The notes beneath the pieces are model-generated. The model did not search any database and was not told the DNA's origin. It was given only the letters and a program-made list of their open reading frames with translations. 64,000 nt of DNA from Ostreococcus lucimarinus (lineage: Eukaryota): the NCBI GenBank assembly GCA_000092065.1, contig CP000583.1; one strand, given 5' to 3'. How positions within the stretch are numbered: the first letter of the stretch is position 1; each line of letters starts with the position of its first letter. Positions 38,920-48,877 of this stretch are shown one piece after another. The position numbers and the translations under genes are program-made.

Positions 38920-40770
38920 TCATCGGACGCCGACGGAGACGATGTCCCACACGAGACGCCGACGGAAATATTCCATGTGTTTCTGGGAAAACGCGAGTTC
39001 GGCGCCGGCGGAGAGGTAGTCAGCGTATTTGATCATGAAGACGCCGCAATCGCATCCGTTCTTTTGCAGGGGGATGTCTTTGGGGTAGGCTTCGATCCAC
39101 TCGTCCGGGTCCCAGTCCTCGTTGAGTTTATTCTTTGCCTCGTCGATGAGCCAACGCTTGAGATTCTTCACCGCGACGCCGCTCTCGCCGAGGAGAGAGT
39201 CGTAGTAACTGATGCGCTTCTTGCGCGTATCGATCTCAGCGAGCACCCAGTGTACGGATTGATGAATCGGTACGAAGATTTTTTCGCAGCGCAACACGTC
39301 GTACTTGAGCTTCTTCGGCAACGTCCATCTTCGGACGTTCGAGTAGTCGTACATGTTGCTATCCTGGTACAACTTGTTGATGAAAAAGGTGCTGAAAAAG
39401 TGCACCTTTGGCTGCGTCTCTCCTTTGGGCATACTATTTATGGCGCGTTGAGACAGCAAACCGATGGCAAAATTTGCAACCTCGTCGTTCAACCACGTGC
39501 CCGTCTTCAGAGTGGCAATGTCTTTTCCAGTGGCGTCGAGTGCACCCTGACCGACGAACGAACCGCTCGCTAAGATCTGCGTCGACGGCGCTCGCAACGC
39601 ATCTTGAACAGCTTCGAGCTGAGCCGCGGTGAGCGGCTTGAGGAACTTTTTAGCGGCCTTTTCGCGCTCTCGTCGCCTCTTGTGTTCCTCAGCCTCGACG
39701 CTCAGGCGCGAGAGTTGTTCCTCTAACCCGCTCGAAGTGGACGCAGAGAGCACTTGGTTCAACTTCTCTCGCCTGATTCTCAACGTTTCTTGCATATCAC
39801 GAATTGTTGCCGCATGCTTTGCCGAGAGCGATTCCGTCGGCGCGGTCGCCGCGTCGCGGCGGCTGGCGCGGTCCTTCTCTAAAGCCGCTCTTTGCGAACG
39901 TCCGGCGAGCGTTCCGTTCTCATGAGACGCGATCAACGCCTTGTAGTCTGACAAACCTTTCGGATCGTCCCACTTGCGCGTGTTGACGTACTTTTTGAAC
40001 GCATCTCCGAAAATATTGACCTTTTCGAACCGCTTAAACGTCGCGGCGCCGCCAAATCCTCGCTCGACGTCGCGCCCGTTCGAATCTTCCAAAACGCGCG
40101 CGTCTCTCATCCCACTCTGCGTTGTCCCCATGATGACGTCCCCGTACCCTCTATATACTACAGCACCACCGATCTCACTTCGCACCGACGTCCCACCCGG
40201 TTTGCCAAACGCGCTCGCCGTCCTTCTCCACGCCGCGTCCCGTCTGGCCTCTCGCGCAAACGTTGACCCCGTCCCTCCGCCCTCCAGCGATCGATCGCGC
40301 CCACTCCCCCCCACAACGTCGTCAAACAATCCAAAACGTCTCGGCGGCGTCGAATACGGATGCGCACGCGCGTATGCCACGCGTTCGCTCCAAGGACTCG
40401 TTCGCTGCAGCGCCCCGCCCGGGACGAGCACCGGCGTCGCGTGATCGATCTCTCCCGACCTCGCCGCGGCGCGTCCGTGATCTCGCTCGAGCGCCTCTAG
40501 CGTAGAAATCGTCCTCTCGCCCGTCTGTCGATCGCGCGCGAGCCCGTCGCGGGCGTACGTCGTCGTCAGGGGATCTTTAAACACCGCGCTGCGCGGGTTC
40601 AAGTGGTGCTCGTGACGCGCGAGAATGTCGTCGCGCACGCTACCTCGAGCGCTCGCCGGCGCGTTCTCGTCGAACGGTCGATGCGATCGTGACATTCGCA
40701 CGCGTCGTGCGCGAGCACGGGACGCGGGACGCGCGCAGTGAGCGTCGCGGGACTCGAAGTGTGGGATCAT
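38920..40770 (-). CDS. ULP1: Ulp1/SENP-type SUMO protease (peptidase C48)
   Basis: ATG at 40770; 616 aa. C-terminal catalytic domain 'WLNDEVANFAIGLL', His 'IFVPIHQSVHWVLAEID', Asp 'YYDSL', Cys 'LQKNGCDCGVFMIKYADY'. Confidence 0.85.
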   Translation of the reverse strand: MIPHFESRDAHCARPASRARARRVRMSRSHRPFDENAPASARGSVRDDILARHEHHLNPRSAVFKDPLTTTYARDGLARDRQTGERTISTLEALERDHGRAAARSGEIDHATPVLVPGGALQRTSPWSERVAYARAHPYSTPPRRFGLFDDVVGGSGRDRSLEGGGTGSTFAREARRDAAWRRTASAFGKPGGTSVRSEIGGAVVYRGYGDVIMGTTQSGMRDARVLEDSNGRDVERGFGGAATFKRFEKVNIFGDAFKKYVNTRKWDDPKGLSDYKALIASHENGTLAGRSQRAALEKDRASRRDAATAPTESLSAKHAATIRDMQETLRIRREKLNQVLSASTSSGLEEQLSRLSVEAEEHKRRREREKAAKKFLKPLTAAQLEAVQDALRAPSTQILASGSFVGQGALDATGKDIATLKTGTWLNDEVANFAIGLLSQRAINSMPKGETQPKVHFFSTFFINKLYQDSNMYDYSNVRRWTLPKKLKYDVLRCEKIFVPIHQSVHWVLAEIDTRKKRISYYDSLLGESGVAVKNLKRWLIDEAKNKLNEDWDPDEWIEAYPKDIPLQKNGCDCGVFMIKYADYLSAGAELAFSQKHMEYFRRRLVWDIVSVGVR

Positions 40771-40898
40771 CGTCCTGTCTTGTATGGGCGTCCGCTCGGC
40801 GACGGGGCGCGACGCGAGCGAGGACGTGGATGTGACGTGGATTGTGCAATATTCTGATTCGTGTTATTATGAGAAATGCTTCAGTTGCAGCGCTCAAA

Positions 40899-43800
40899 TC
40901 ACAGCTTGAGCCTATCGCGAATGAGTTCAGCGATGGAGTCCTCTCCGGGACCGATATCCTTGAAGGCGTCGAGAACTTCAACGATGACGTCTTGGCGGCG
41001 CTTCCACTTCGGGCTTCCCTTGTTCACACCCGTGGTGCTGAAGGTGCGCAAGACATCCACAGCGGCGGATGGCGTGAGCCCAGTCAAGAGAGTCGCGGCG
41101 AGTTTCACATCAGGTTCGGGTTTGTCTTCCGGCTTCTCCACGCCCGGGCGCGCGCCGAACCCGAGGCTCGCACGGCGAACAATGCTCACTTGTTCTTCAA
41201 TCTCCAATCCAGCATAAATAACCTTCGCAGTCTTGACGTTGCGGTTTGCAACGACGCGGAGGATTTCGACCCCGTTGTACACAACGCTTCGCAGGTAGTA
41301 CGGAAGGACGAATTCAGCGACACCAACCATGCGACCGGGCTCGGACATGTTAACCAAACCGATGGCGGCTTCGGCGTCTCCAAGGTTCTCCACCATAATG
41401 TCAATCAACGTCGCAGCACGGGTCAAATCGAGACCCATGAGCGCTTCAGCGCCTCGGGTATCTTTTGCGCGCCACAAAGCAGCTAGGGCTGTCGCCGCAG
41501 CTTCCACGTTGGCTGCTCCTTGAAGGATCAACGTTGCGGCGATCGGATCTTCGTCTTCAGAGAGCTCGAGGACAACCTCTTCGATTTCCTCCTTGGATGC
41601 GCTCTTTTCAAGTCGCTTTTGCAAACGAGATGCACGCTCATCGGTGACTTCGTTGTCCGGCTTTGACGCGGCTTCAGCTTGTTCGGCCGCGCGCTCCGCG
41701 GCGGCTGCAGCGTCCGCCTTTGCCTTTGCCTCAGCGGCTACGGCTTCCGCCTTTGCCTTGGCCTGTGCATCCGCCTTGGTCTTGGCCTGTGCATCCGCCT
41801 TTGCCTTGGCCTCTGCATCCGCCTTTGCCTTGGCCTCTGCATCCGCCTTTGCCTTGGCCTCTGCATCCGCCTTTGCCTTGGCCTCTGCCTCTGCCTTGGC
41901 GTCCGCCTTGGCTTTGGCCTCTGCCTCTGCCTTGGCTTTGGCCTCTGCCTCTGCCTTGGCCTTGGCGTCCGCCTTGGCTTTGGCCTCGGCATCCGCCTTT
42001 GCCTTGGCTTCAGCATCCGCCTTTGCCTTAGCCGCCTTCGCCTCTTCTTCAGCCTTACGCTTCGCTAATTCGGCTTCCTTTCGCTTCGCTTCCTCAGCAG
42101 CCTTCTGAGCTTTCGCAGCCTCCTCCTGCGCCTTGGCTTCCGCCTTGCGACGTTCTTCCGCCTCCTTCTCAGCGCGACGCTTCGCCTCGGCAGCCTCCTT
42201 CTCAGCTTGCTTTCTCTTCTCTTCTTGTTCCTTCTCGAGACGCTTCTTCTCCTCCTCAGCTCGTTTGGCAGCCGCCTTAGCGTCCTCGTCAGCTTTTTTC
42301 TTGGCGCGCGCAGCTTCCTCCTCAGCTTGCTTGGCCTTTGCCGCAGCTTCCTTCTCAGCTTGTTCTTTGGCGCGGCGCTGCTCTTCAGCTTGACGCTTCA
42401 AGTCTTCTGCTTGCTTTTTGGAGTCCTTCTTCGCTGCTTCAGCCGCCTTGCGACGGCTTTCCTCTTCGTCGAGGGCCAATTGCTTGCGTCTTTCCGAAGC
42501 AGCCACGCGCTCGGCCTCCGCCGCTGCAGTTGCAATTCGTAACTCCTCCGCGCGTTCAGCAGCTGCGACGGCTTCAAGACGACGGGATTCTTCGAAGCTG
42601 ATCGTCGAAGATTCTTTGAACAAAACGCCCTCAGTTTCGGTCTGGTTGAAAAATCTACGAGTGTCCTCGTCTTGTCTAGCGGCCCACTCTGAATCTCTCC
42701 TGCTCAAAGTTTCTGCGTTCCATGCAAGACGTCGAGCATCAATTTCAGCGATGATGGCGGCGAGCTCGGCTTCGAGCTGCTTGATACGCATCTCAGCCAC
42801 CTTTCTACGGGCGTCTTCCTCTTCACGTAGAGCTCGCTCGGCACGAACAGCTGCGTCAGCTTCCGCGCAGACAGCAGCGTGACGTCCATCTTCATTGTGA
42901 GTTCTAGTCTGCTCCTCCGTCACGGTGCGTTCAATGGACATCTGGGACTGAGCACGGCGCGCCTTAAACTCTTCGTAGTTGGCCGCTGCAGTCTTTTCGA
43001 GAGCTTGCAATTCGGGAATGAGGATTTGAAGTTGCGACTCCATCTGCGTAATAGTAGCGTTGAGATTCTGCATCATGTTGTCGATAGCAATAGGCGAAGC
43101 AGCGGCAAGTCGCCGCGCATCTTCCTTACGTTGTCTCTCCTCCATCATCTTCCTGAACTCGGCGCGACGAGCTTCCTCGGCGTTGAACAAAGCCTTGATC
43201 TTCGCCGCAAAGTCGTCAATCTCTTTCTGCTTGCGCTCGCACTGCGCGTCAAAATCAGCTCTTCGTTGTTTCTCAGCGGCCTCCTTTTGCGCGATGGCGT
43301 CGGCAGCTTGCTTACGGCGCATCTCCTCTTGAGTCTGTAAGAACTCCTCCTTGGCTTCAAGTTCCGCTCGGAACTTGTCGAGAATGTCCGGCAGTTCATC
43401 ACGGAATCGGTCGCGTCTAGCGTCCTCTTTCGCGATAATATCGTCGTCGATGGCCTTTTGATCGGCAATCTTCTTGTCCATCGCCTTGCGTCGGGCTTCT
43501 TCTTCGGCACGGCGCATGGCTTCGTCGCGCACAAGCTTCTTGAGCTCTTCACGCATTTGCAGCAGCTTGGCGTCTTCTCTCAGGCGCTCGGCCGCATCTT
43601 CCGCGCGAAGACGTTCATCTTCGGCTATAGCTTCTTCACGAGACTTTCTGAACTCCGTGACTCTTTGCGCTTCAGCCTCAAGTGCAGCCTTGGCGGCGGC
43701 ATCAGCTTCGCGTCGACGACGTTCCAAGTCGCGAATGAAATCGTCAATTTCTTGACGCTTTCTGGACACCTCATTCGCATGATCTTCACGTCTGCGTTCT

Positions 43801-46800
43801 TCCTGAGCGCGGAGATCTTCTTCAGCTCTTTGTTTTGCTTGGAGTTCAGCCTTGAAAGCTTCACGACGAGCAAGCTCGGAGGCCCACGCAGCGTCTTCGT
43901 CGGAGCGCATCTTTGTAATGCGTTCTTCCTCGGCGTTGCGACGAGCGTCTTCCTCGGCCATCTTCTTTCTCTCGGCTTCCGCAGCAGCACGAATAACATC
44001 TTCCGCTTCTTTAGCTCTAGCATCTTCTCTGGCGCGACGAGCTTGTTCTTCTGCGTCGCGACGCGCTTGTTCGCGATCCCAATCGGCACGGCGTTGATCT
44101 TCACGAGCTCGAGTGCGTGCCTCGTCTTCTTCGCGACGACGAAGCTCGTCAGCTGCGCGGGCTCGGCGATTCTCCTCCGCAACGATAGCACGCTCGAGCG
44201 CTTCTTTTCGCGTGCGACTCTCGCCTTCTTGCGCGCGACGTTTATTCTCGGCCTCCATACGTAACCGTTGCTCTTGTTGCTCCATGTCCCGCAACTTTTG
44301 CTCTGCGGCGACGCGACGGCGATTTTCAGCTTCCACTCTTTCGGCTTCCTTGCGCACAGCCTCGGCAGCAGCAGCATCGGCTTCACGTCGACGGCGCTCT
44401 TCCTCTTCACGCTTTCTACGCTCTGCTTCAGCAGCAGCCAAAAGGTCTTGCTTGGCTTGTTTACGTCTCGCTTCTTCCGCTTCACGTTGAAGCTGTTCCT
44501 TCGTCTTGAATTCATCCTTGTTGATGATGAAATCGATGCGACGAGAATCTTCAGAAGTGCGTCGCAGACCTTCTTGGGAATTGAAAATCAAATTCGCCTT
44601 GTCTTGTTCTTGCTGACGACGTGTTTCTTCTTCCTTCTTAGCCGCTTCTTCTCGAGCAAGTTCTTCTTCATGACGCTTATTTTCGGCACGACGTTGATCC
44701 TCTTCGGCACGAAGTCGGTTTTCAGCTTCTCGCGCAGCTCGAGCGGCATCGTCGTAAGCACGTCGACGCGCATCTTCGGCTTCTCTTTTGCGGCGTTCAG
44801 CATCCTCAGCGGCCTCAGCTTGCGCCTCGACACGAGCGCGCCGTTGATCTTCATCAGCAATTTTGCGCTTTTCAGCCTCTTCGAGGATCTTGATTTCTTC
44901 AAGTCGAGATTTGTGGTTGGCCTCAGCAGTGGCGATGCGTCGCACCTCTTCAGCGTTGATTCGAGCGATCTCTTGAGCATACTTTTGCCGTCGGTTTTCT
45001 TCCGTATCCTTAAGACGAATACCAAGCTGCTTGAACTCTTCAAGGGCTCGACGCTTAGCGGCGAGATCATCGTCCTCTGCCTTTCGCCGATCGCCTTCTG
45101 CCTTTGCAGCGGCTCGCATCGCAGCTTGCGCGTTCGCGGCGCGAATTTCTTCAGCCTTAAGCGCAGCTTCGATGTCTTGCTTTCTGCGATCAGCGTCATT
45201 TTCGGCAGCGATGCGTCGATCTTTTGTATCGCGTTCGAACTTGACAATCGCTTCCCGGAGAGCGTTGATGGCAGCTTCGGCTTCGCGGCGGCGCTTGTCC
45301 TCGTCGTCGCGACGCTTTGCCTCGTCATCCTCCATTTGTAGAAGCTTACGCGCAGCATCATCACGACGACGTTCCTCCGCAGCTTGACGATCGGCTTCTT
45401 CGCGTTCAAGACGCGCACGTTCATCATCAACTGCGCGTCTGATGTCTTCACGAGCCTGCTCTCGCCGGGTATCCTCCGTTTCCTGGAGACGCCTCTCTTC
45501 TTCAAGCTCACGCGCGTGTTCGTCATCCCACGCTCGTCGTCGAGCTTCTTCAGCGGAACGATCGGCGGCGAGAGCATCTCGCATACGTTGAATTCGAGCC
45601 TCAGCTTCCGCACGACGCCGATTTTCTTCATCTTGCAAACGAGCCTCCTTCTCCAAAAGAGATCGCGTCTCGGTGTCGAATCTTGCTCGAAGATCGGCCT
45701 CGAGTCCCTTCGCCTTCTCAAAGTTATTCTTCGCCAAGTTGATATCTTGTTCACCTTGCGCGCGGCGTAGTTGAATAGAGTTGCGAAGGGCATCGATTTC
45801 CTTTCGGCGGCGTTCGATTTCTTCGCGCAATTTCGCGACTGAAACGGGTGCGCCATCATCGCCACCCATGAGGTCCTCGAGGTCACCCTTTTGTGTCTCA
45901 GTGATGACCTTAGTCGTGATGATCTCTTCCGAGTAAATGGCTTCACATTCGTCGTACAGCCTATCGATCCTCTCCTTCTCGAGTCGACGACGTCTGTTCT
46001 CTTTACGCCGCTCGTTGTTTTCATCCTCGACAGCCTTTCGAAGAGCCTCCTCGGCTTCCTTGCGGCGTCTATCTTCCTCCTTGCGAAGTTTACGCTCGCG
46101 AGCATCGATTTCGTCGTGGTATTCCTCGTCCGGCAATTCTTCACGCCTACGGGCGAGACGCGTGTTCACCTTCTCTCGCGTCGTGATTATCGTCTTCTTC
46201 GTTCGTCCATCAAAGCTGTACGCTACCGATGTTGTGACGGTGCCTGCGGCGTCTCCGATGGATGCCGCGACTTCACCGAGCCTCACCGGCTTCATCTCAA
46301 GCAAGTGAATGAAGAGATAGACGATGAAAGCAATCGCAGCACCGATAATACTTGCGTACTCCATGTTCACTACGTACGTGTAGAACGCGCCAGAACCCGA
46401 GAAGGCACCGGCTTCGATCAAATAGGAAACACCAGAAATGAGTGAAAGCAAGTTGGGCGCCGCCGCGACGGCAATGGCAATCATGGCGCGTGGATTCACG
46501 CCCTTAAAGAACCAATATGGACCCTTAGTATCGCGCGTCTGCATTGCTCGTCGCGATAATTTGCCAGCACGCATAAGCCAGAAGTCACACAAAATCACAC
46601 CGAGCACGGGAGAGACTAACAACGAACCAACGCCAATGATCCACGAGGCAGCGGCGACGACTTGTTGCCACATCAACTGAGCCGGCGCAAAGAGGCCGAC
46701 AGCGCAGGTGATGATGAGCGCTGCTTGCTTGGACGAGATCGTACCACCAAGATAGTTCTTGGTCTTTGCCCACGGAAGCGAGAATTCTTGCATATACTCC

Positions 46801-48035
46801 TGCGGACCAACGACGTTTGCGGCACTGTTCGTCACGAGCGAGGCGATGGCAATGGACGCAAATAAAATCGGCTTCGGCGCTTGCGCCATGGCCGCGGCGA
46901 CGATAGCAAACAAACCGGACAGCAAGGGAAGCCAGAAAAACTGACCAATAGGTGCAGTTCTAGAGCCCTTGATGTGCGCTGTGTAATCTGGATACACGCT
47001 CGCGAGCGTCACCCAAACGCCCACCATAAGCCAAGCGTGCTTCCAGAACTCGTTCGGCAAGGCGCCCGGCATACCCGCGGAAATCAACGAACCGATCGCG
47101 GTCTGAGGAATACCTTGACGCAAAGTCCAAGCGATGAAACCTGCCACGAGCGCTAAGACGGTCTGACCAGACGCGAGAAGTCTCGATGAAGGGACGGTGC
47201 GCAAGGAAATTGCGAGCTGCACCACCCAAAACATCGCGTACGACATCGCTCGCACGACTACATCGCTTTCGATACTCGCGGCGATAAACGTCGTTTTGAA
47301 CAATCCGAACACCGCTTCGCCCCCGACCAAAGTTTGCACGGCGTAGAGCAAGAATCCAAGCGTCGCGCGACAGGCGTCGGTGAACTCCGCCCCCCAAATC
47401 CCGAAACTCGAACGCGCCAGGATCGGCATATTCAGTTCGTACTTCGCCGCGGGGTATCCGATTGCAGAGATAAATGGCATCGCCATCAAAGTACCGAGCG
47501 CTGTCGCCAAACCGAGTTCATACCAGAGCAACGGCGCGAGCGTGTGCAAGTTCCACCGAACGAAACCGTACGGCACCGAATACATCACCGCGCACGTCGC
47601 CAGCGCCGCCCACAGCGAGAGTTCCTTGCCCTTCTCGATCGCATTCTCCTCCGTCGTCGGCGGGATGATCAAATCCTCGTCCCCAGGCGCGACGATGAAC
47701 CCTTCGTCATCCTTATCGTCGTCGCCGGTTTGATCGGCGTACCCCAATCCGACGGCGTTCGCGCGCGTCGACGCCTCCCTCATCCCCACGCCTCGCCTTC
47801 GCGTCCCACCCGCGCACGCGGCCTCCCACGCCAATCCACATCGTTTCTTTCCTCCACCGACCACGCGCGCGACGACCGTCGCGCCCCGCGCGCGCGCCCC
47901 GCCCCCCGCCGTTGCCGCATGCGATTGCCCAACGATTGATTTCGCAAATGTCCCGATCGACCCCGCCCGTCGCCCGCTCTCGCGCGCGCCGCTCCGCCGC
48001 TCCGCCGCCGCGCTCGCGGCGGCGCGCAGCGCCAT
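40899..48035 (-). CDS. Giant 2378-aa fusion protein: NCS1-family permease domain, ~1400-aa charged helical region, (AKAKADAE)n repeats, and a globular C-terminal domain
   Basis: One uninterrupted frame. The track start at 48101 is GTG; the first ATG is at 48035.
- NCS1 domain (about 46180-47660): 'KYELNMPILARSSFGIWGAEFTDACRATLGFLLYAVQTLVGGEA' and 'VSPVLGVILCDFWLMRAGKLSRR...GPYWFFKGVNPRAMIAI' align by eye with the Mhp1/Fur4/PLUTO signature regions. About 12 hydrophobic segments.
- About 42040-46150: E/R/A/K/D-dominated, no hydrophobic core stretches.
- 41710-42035: AKAKADAE-type repeats.
- Last ~265 aa: ordinary, non-low-complexity sequence. Confidence 0.8.
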   Translation of the reverse strand: MALRAAASAAAERRSGARESGRRAGSIGTFAKSIVGQSHAATAGGGARARGATVVARVVGGGKKRCGLAWEAACAGGTRRRGVGMREASTRANAVGLGYADQTGDDDKDDEGFIVAPGDEDLIIPPTTEENAIEKGKELSLWAALATCAVMYSVPYGFVRWNLHTLAPLLWYELGLATALGTLMAMPFISAIGYPAAKYELNMPILARSSFGIWGAEFTDACRATLGFLLYAVQTLVGGEAVFGLFKTTFIAASIESDVVVRAMSYAMFWVVQLAISLRTVPSSRLLASGQTVLALVAGFIAWTLRQGIPQTAIGSLISAGMPGALPNEFWKHAWLMVGVWVTLASVYPDYTAHIKGSRTAPIGQFFWLPLLSGLFAIVAAAMAQAPKPILFASIAIASLVTNSAANVVGPQEYMQEFSLPWAKTKNYLGGTISSKQAALIITCAVGLFAPAQLMWQQVVAAASWIIGVGSLLVSPVLGVILCDFWLMRAGKLSRRAMQTRDTKGPYWFFKGVNPRAMIAIAVAAAPNLLSLISGVSYLIEAGAFSGSGAFYTYVVNMEYASIIGAAIAFIVYLFIHLLEMKPVRLGEVAASIGDAAGTVTTSVAYSFDGRTKKTIITTREKVNTRLARRREELPDEEYHDEIDARERKLRKEEDRRRKEAEEALRKAVEDENNERRKENRRRRLEKERIDRLYDECEAIYSEEIITTKVITETQKGDLEDLMGGDDGAPVSVAKLREEIERRRKEIDALRNSIQLRRAQGEQDINLAKNNFEKAKGLEADLRARFDTETRSLLEKEARLQDEENRRRAEAEARIQRMRDALAADRSAEEARRRAWDDEHARELEEERRLQETEDTRREQAREDIRRAVDDERARLEREEADRQAAEERRRDDAARKLLQMEDDEAKRRDDEDKRRREAEAAINALREAIVKFERDTKDRRIAAENDADRRKQDIEAALKAEEIRAANAQAAMRAAAKAEGDRRKAEDDDLAAKRRALEEFKQLGIRLKDTEENRRQKYAQEIARINAEEVRRIATAEANHKSRLEEIKILEEAEKRKIADEDQRRARVEAQAEAAEDAERRKREAEDARRRAYDDAARAAREAENRLRAEEDQRRAENKRHEEELAREEAAKKEEETRRQQEQDKANLIFNSQEGLRRTSEDSRRIDFIINKDEFKTKEQLQREAEEARRKQAKQDLLAAAEAERRKREEEERRRREADAAAAEAVRKEAERVEAENRRRVAAEQKLRDMEQQEQRLRMEAENKRRAQEGESRTRKEALERAIVAEENRRARAADELRRREEDEARTRAREDQRRADWDREQARRDAEEQARRAREDARAKEAEDVIRAAAEAERKKMAEEDARRNAEEERITKMRSDEDAAWASELARREAFKAELQAKQRAEEDLRAQEERRREDHANEVSRKRQEIDDFIRDLERRRREADAAAKAALEAEAQRVTEFRKSREEAIAEDERLRAEDAAERLREDAKLLQMREELKKLVRDEAMRRAEEEARRKAMDKKIADQKAIDDDIIAKEDARRDRFRDELPDILDKFRAELEAKEEFLQTQEEMRRKQAADAIAQKEAAEKQRRADFDAQCERKQKEIDDFAAKIKALFNAEEARRAEFRKMMEERQRKEDARRLAAASPIAIDNMMQNLNATITQMESQLQILIPELQALEKTAAANYEEFKARRAQSQMSIERTVTEEQTRTHNEDGRHAAVCAEADAAVRAERALREEEDARRKVAEMRIKQLEAELAAIIAEIDARRLAWNAETLSRRDSEWAARQDEDTRRFFNQTETEGVLFKESSTISFEESRRLEAVAAAERAEELRIATAAAEAERVAASERRKQLALDEEESRRKAAEAAKKDSKKQAEDLKRQAEEQRRAKEQAEKEAAAKAKQAEEEAARAKKKADEDAKAAAKRAEEEKKRLEKEQEEKRKQAEKEAAEAKRRAEKEAEERRKAEAKAQEEAAKAQKAAEEAKRKEAELAKRKAEEEAKAAKAKADAEAKAKADAEAKAKADAKAKAEAEAKAKAEAEAKAKADAKAEAEAKAKADAEAKAKADAEAKAKADAEAKAKADAQAKTKADAQAKAKAEAVAAEAKAKADAAAAAERAAEQAEAASKPDNEVTDERASRLQKRLEKSASKEEIEEVVLELSEDEDPIAATLILQGAANVEAAATALAALWRAKDTRGAEALMGLDLTRAATLIDIMVENLGDAEAAIGLVNMSEPGRMVGVAEFVLPYYLRSVVYNGVEILRVVANRNVKTAKVIYAGLEIEEQVSIVRRASLGFGARPGVEKPEDKPEPDVKLAATLLTGLTPSAAVDVLRTFSTTGVNKGSPKWKRRQDVIVEVLDAFKDIGPGEDSIAELIRDRLKL
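41710..42035 (-). repeat. Coding 24-nt periodic repeat encoding (A-K-A-K-A-D/E-A-E)n inside the giant ORF
   Basis: Plus strand 'gcctttgccttggcctctgcatccgc' is iterated. Translation: 'KAKADAEAKAKADAEAKAKADAKAKAEAEAKAKAEAEAKAKADAKAEAEAKAKADAEAKAKADAEAKAKADAEAKAKADAQAKTKADAQAKAKAEA'. Confidence 0.9.
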
Positions 48036-48309
48036 TCGCGCTCGCGCTCGCGACGACTCGCGCGTCCGCGCCACGCACGTCCGCGCGCGCGGCGTTCTCA
48101 CGCGCGCGAAGAGCGAGCGAATTTAAGGGATCGTCGACGAAGATACGACGTCGCGGCGGTTCGCGCGCGTCCGTCGATCGATCGCGCGCGTCGGTCGATC
48201 GATCGCGCGAGGCTCGCGCGATCGATCGACGTCGCGCGCGCGCGACCGACCGAGGGATCGGCGGTCGGTCGACCGCGCGCGCGCGGCGCGAGAGCGCGGC
48301 GCGCGGGTT

Positions 48310-48313
<4 letters not shown>

Positions 48314-48343
<30 letters not shown>

Positions 48344-48745
48344 CGCGCGATGGCGCCGACGCGCGCGCGACCGGGTCGCGCGGCGAAGAGGGACGAGACG
48401 CGCGGAGGGGCGGTGACGCGCGCGGCGAAGGCGAGCGGTGGGCCGTACGAGGCGCGGAACGAGTTCGTGATCCCGGGCGGGGATGGCGGCGTCGTCGCGC
48501 GATTCGAGGAGGAGATGCGCGCGCGGGAGAAGATGGCGAAGGAGTGCGGGGCGACGGAGGCGAAATTGGTGAAGCTTAAGGCGAATGAGTACGCGTTTGA
48601 GCAGAAATGGGCGTCTAAGGAGGCGTACGAGGCGTACATGAACACCCCGGGGCGACGACGAAGCCACCTGACGGTGGGAGTGTATCAACGCTTGCCGAAG
48701 GATAAATGGAGCGTGCCGGAAAACTTTACGCCGGTGACGCGGTAA
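48314..48745 (+). CDS. Small hypothetical protein, possibly ferredoxin-fold (ABM/Dabb-like) with presequence
   Basis: In-frame ATG at 48314 ('MTTTMTTTTTRAMAPTRARPG'; alternative at 48350), giving 143 aa. The C-terminal ~95 aa, 'NEFVIPGGDGGVVARFEEEMRAREKMAKECGATEAKLVKLKANEYAFEQKWASKEAYEAYMNTPGRR', is non-repetitive. The fold assignment is a weak by-eye guess. Confidence 0.45.
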
Positions 48746-48877
48746 GGCAGTGTGCGCGAGAGACGAGAGATATATTTGACGCCGCGCAACTTGTAAAACG
48801 AACGATTCAGTCAGGAAACATTTGCTTCATCACAACGCGCGGCGACGGGGACCGAAACGAAATTTCGTCGCTCGCTA

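Noticed and set aside
37802-38950. Long Arg/Ala/Pro-rich ORFs in GC-rich spacers (37802..38950 minus, 37863..38801 plus, 25260..26483, 25582..26721, 28760..29704, 33621..34919, 56071..56895 and similar).
   Set aside because: They have extreme R/A/G/P composition and overlap on both strands and in several frames at once. They lack motifs and often start at GTG/TTG. This is the expected by-product of >65% GC with CGCGCG tracts.
41590-45800. Dozens of plus-strand ORFs of 60-518 aa overlapping the giant minus-strand ORF (e.g. 44268..45341, 43458..44264). The list also includes an out-of-frame minus-strand ORF, 44588..46144.
   Set aside because: They are all Ser/Leu/Phe/Ala/Arg low-complexity mirror images of the E/K/R/A-coding strand. 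Stop codons are depleted on both strands by composition. None has a recognisable motif.
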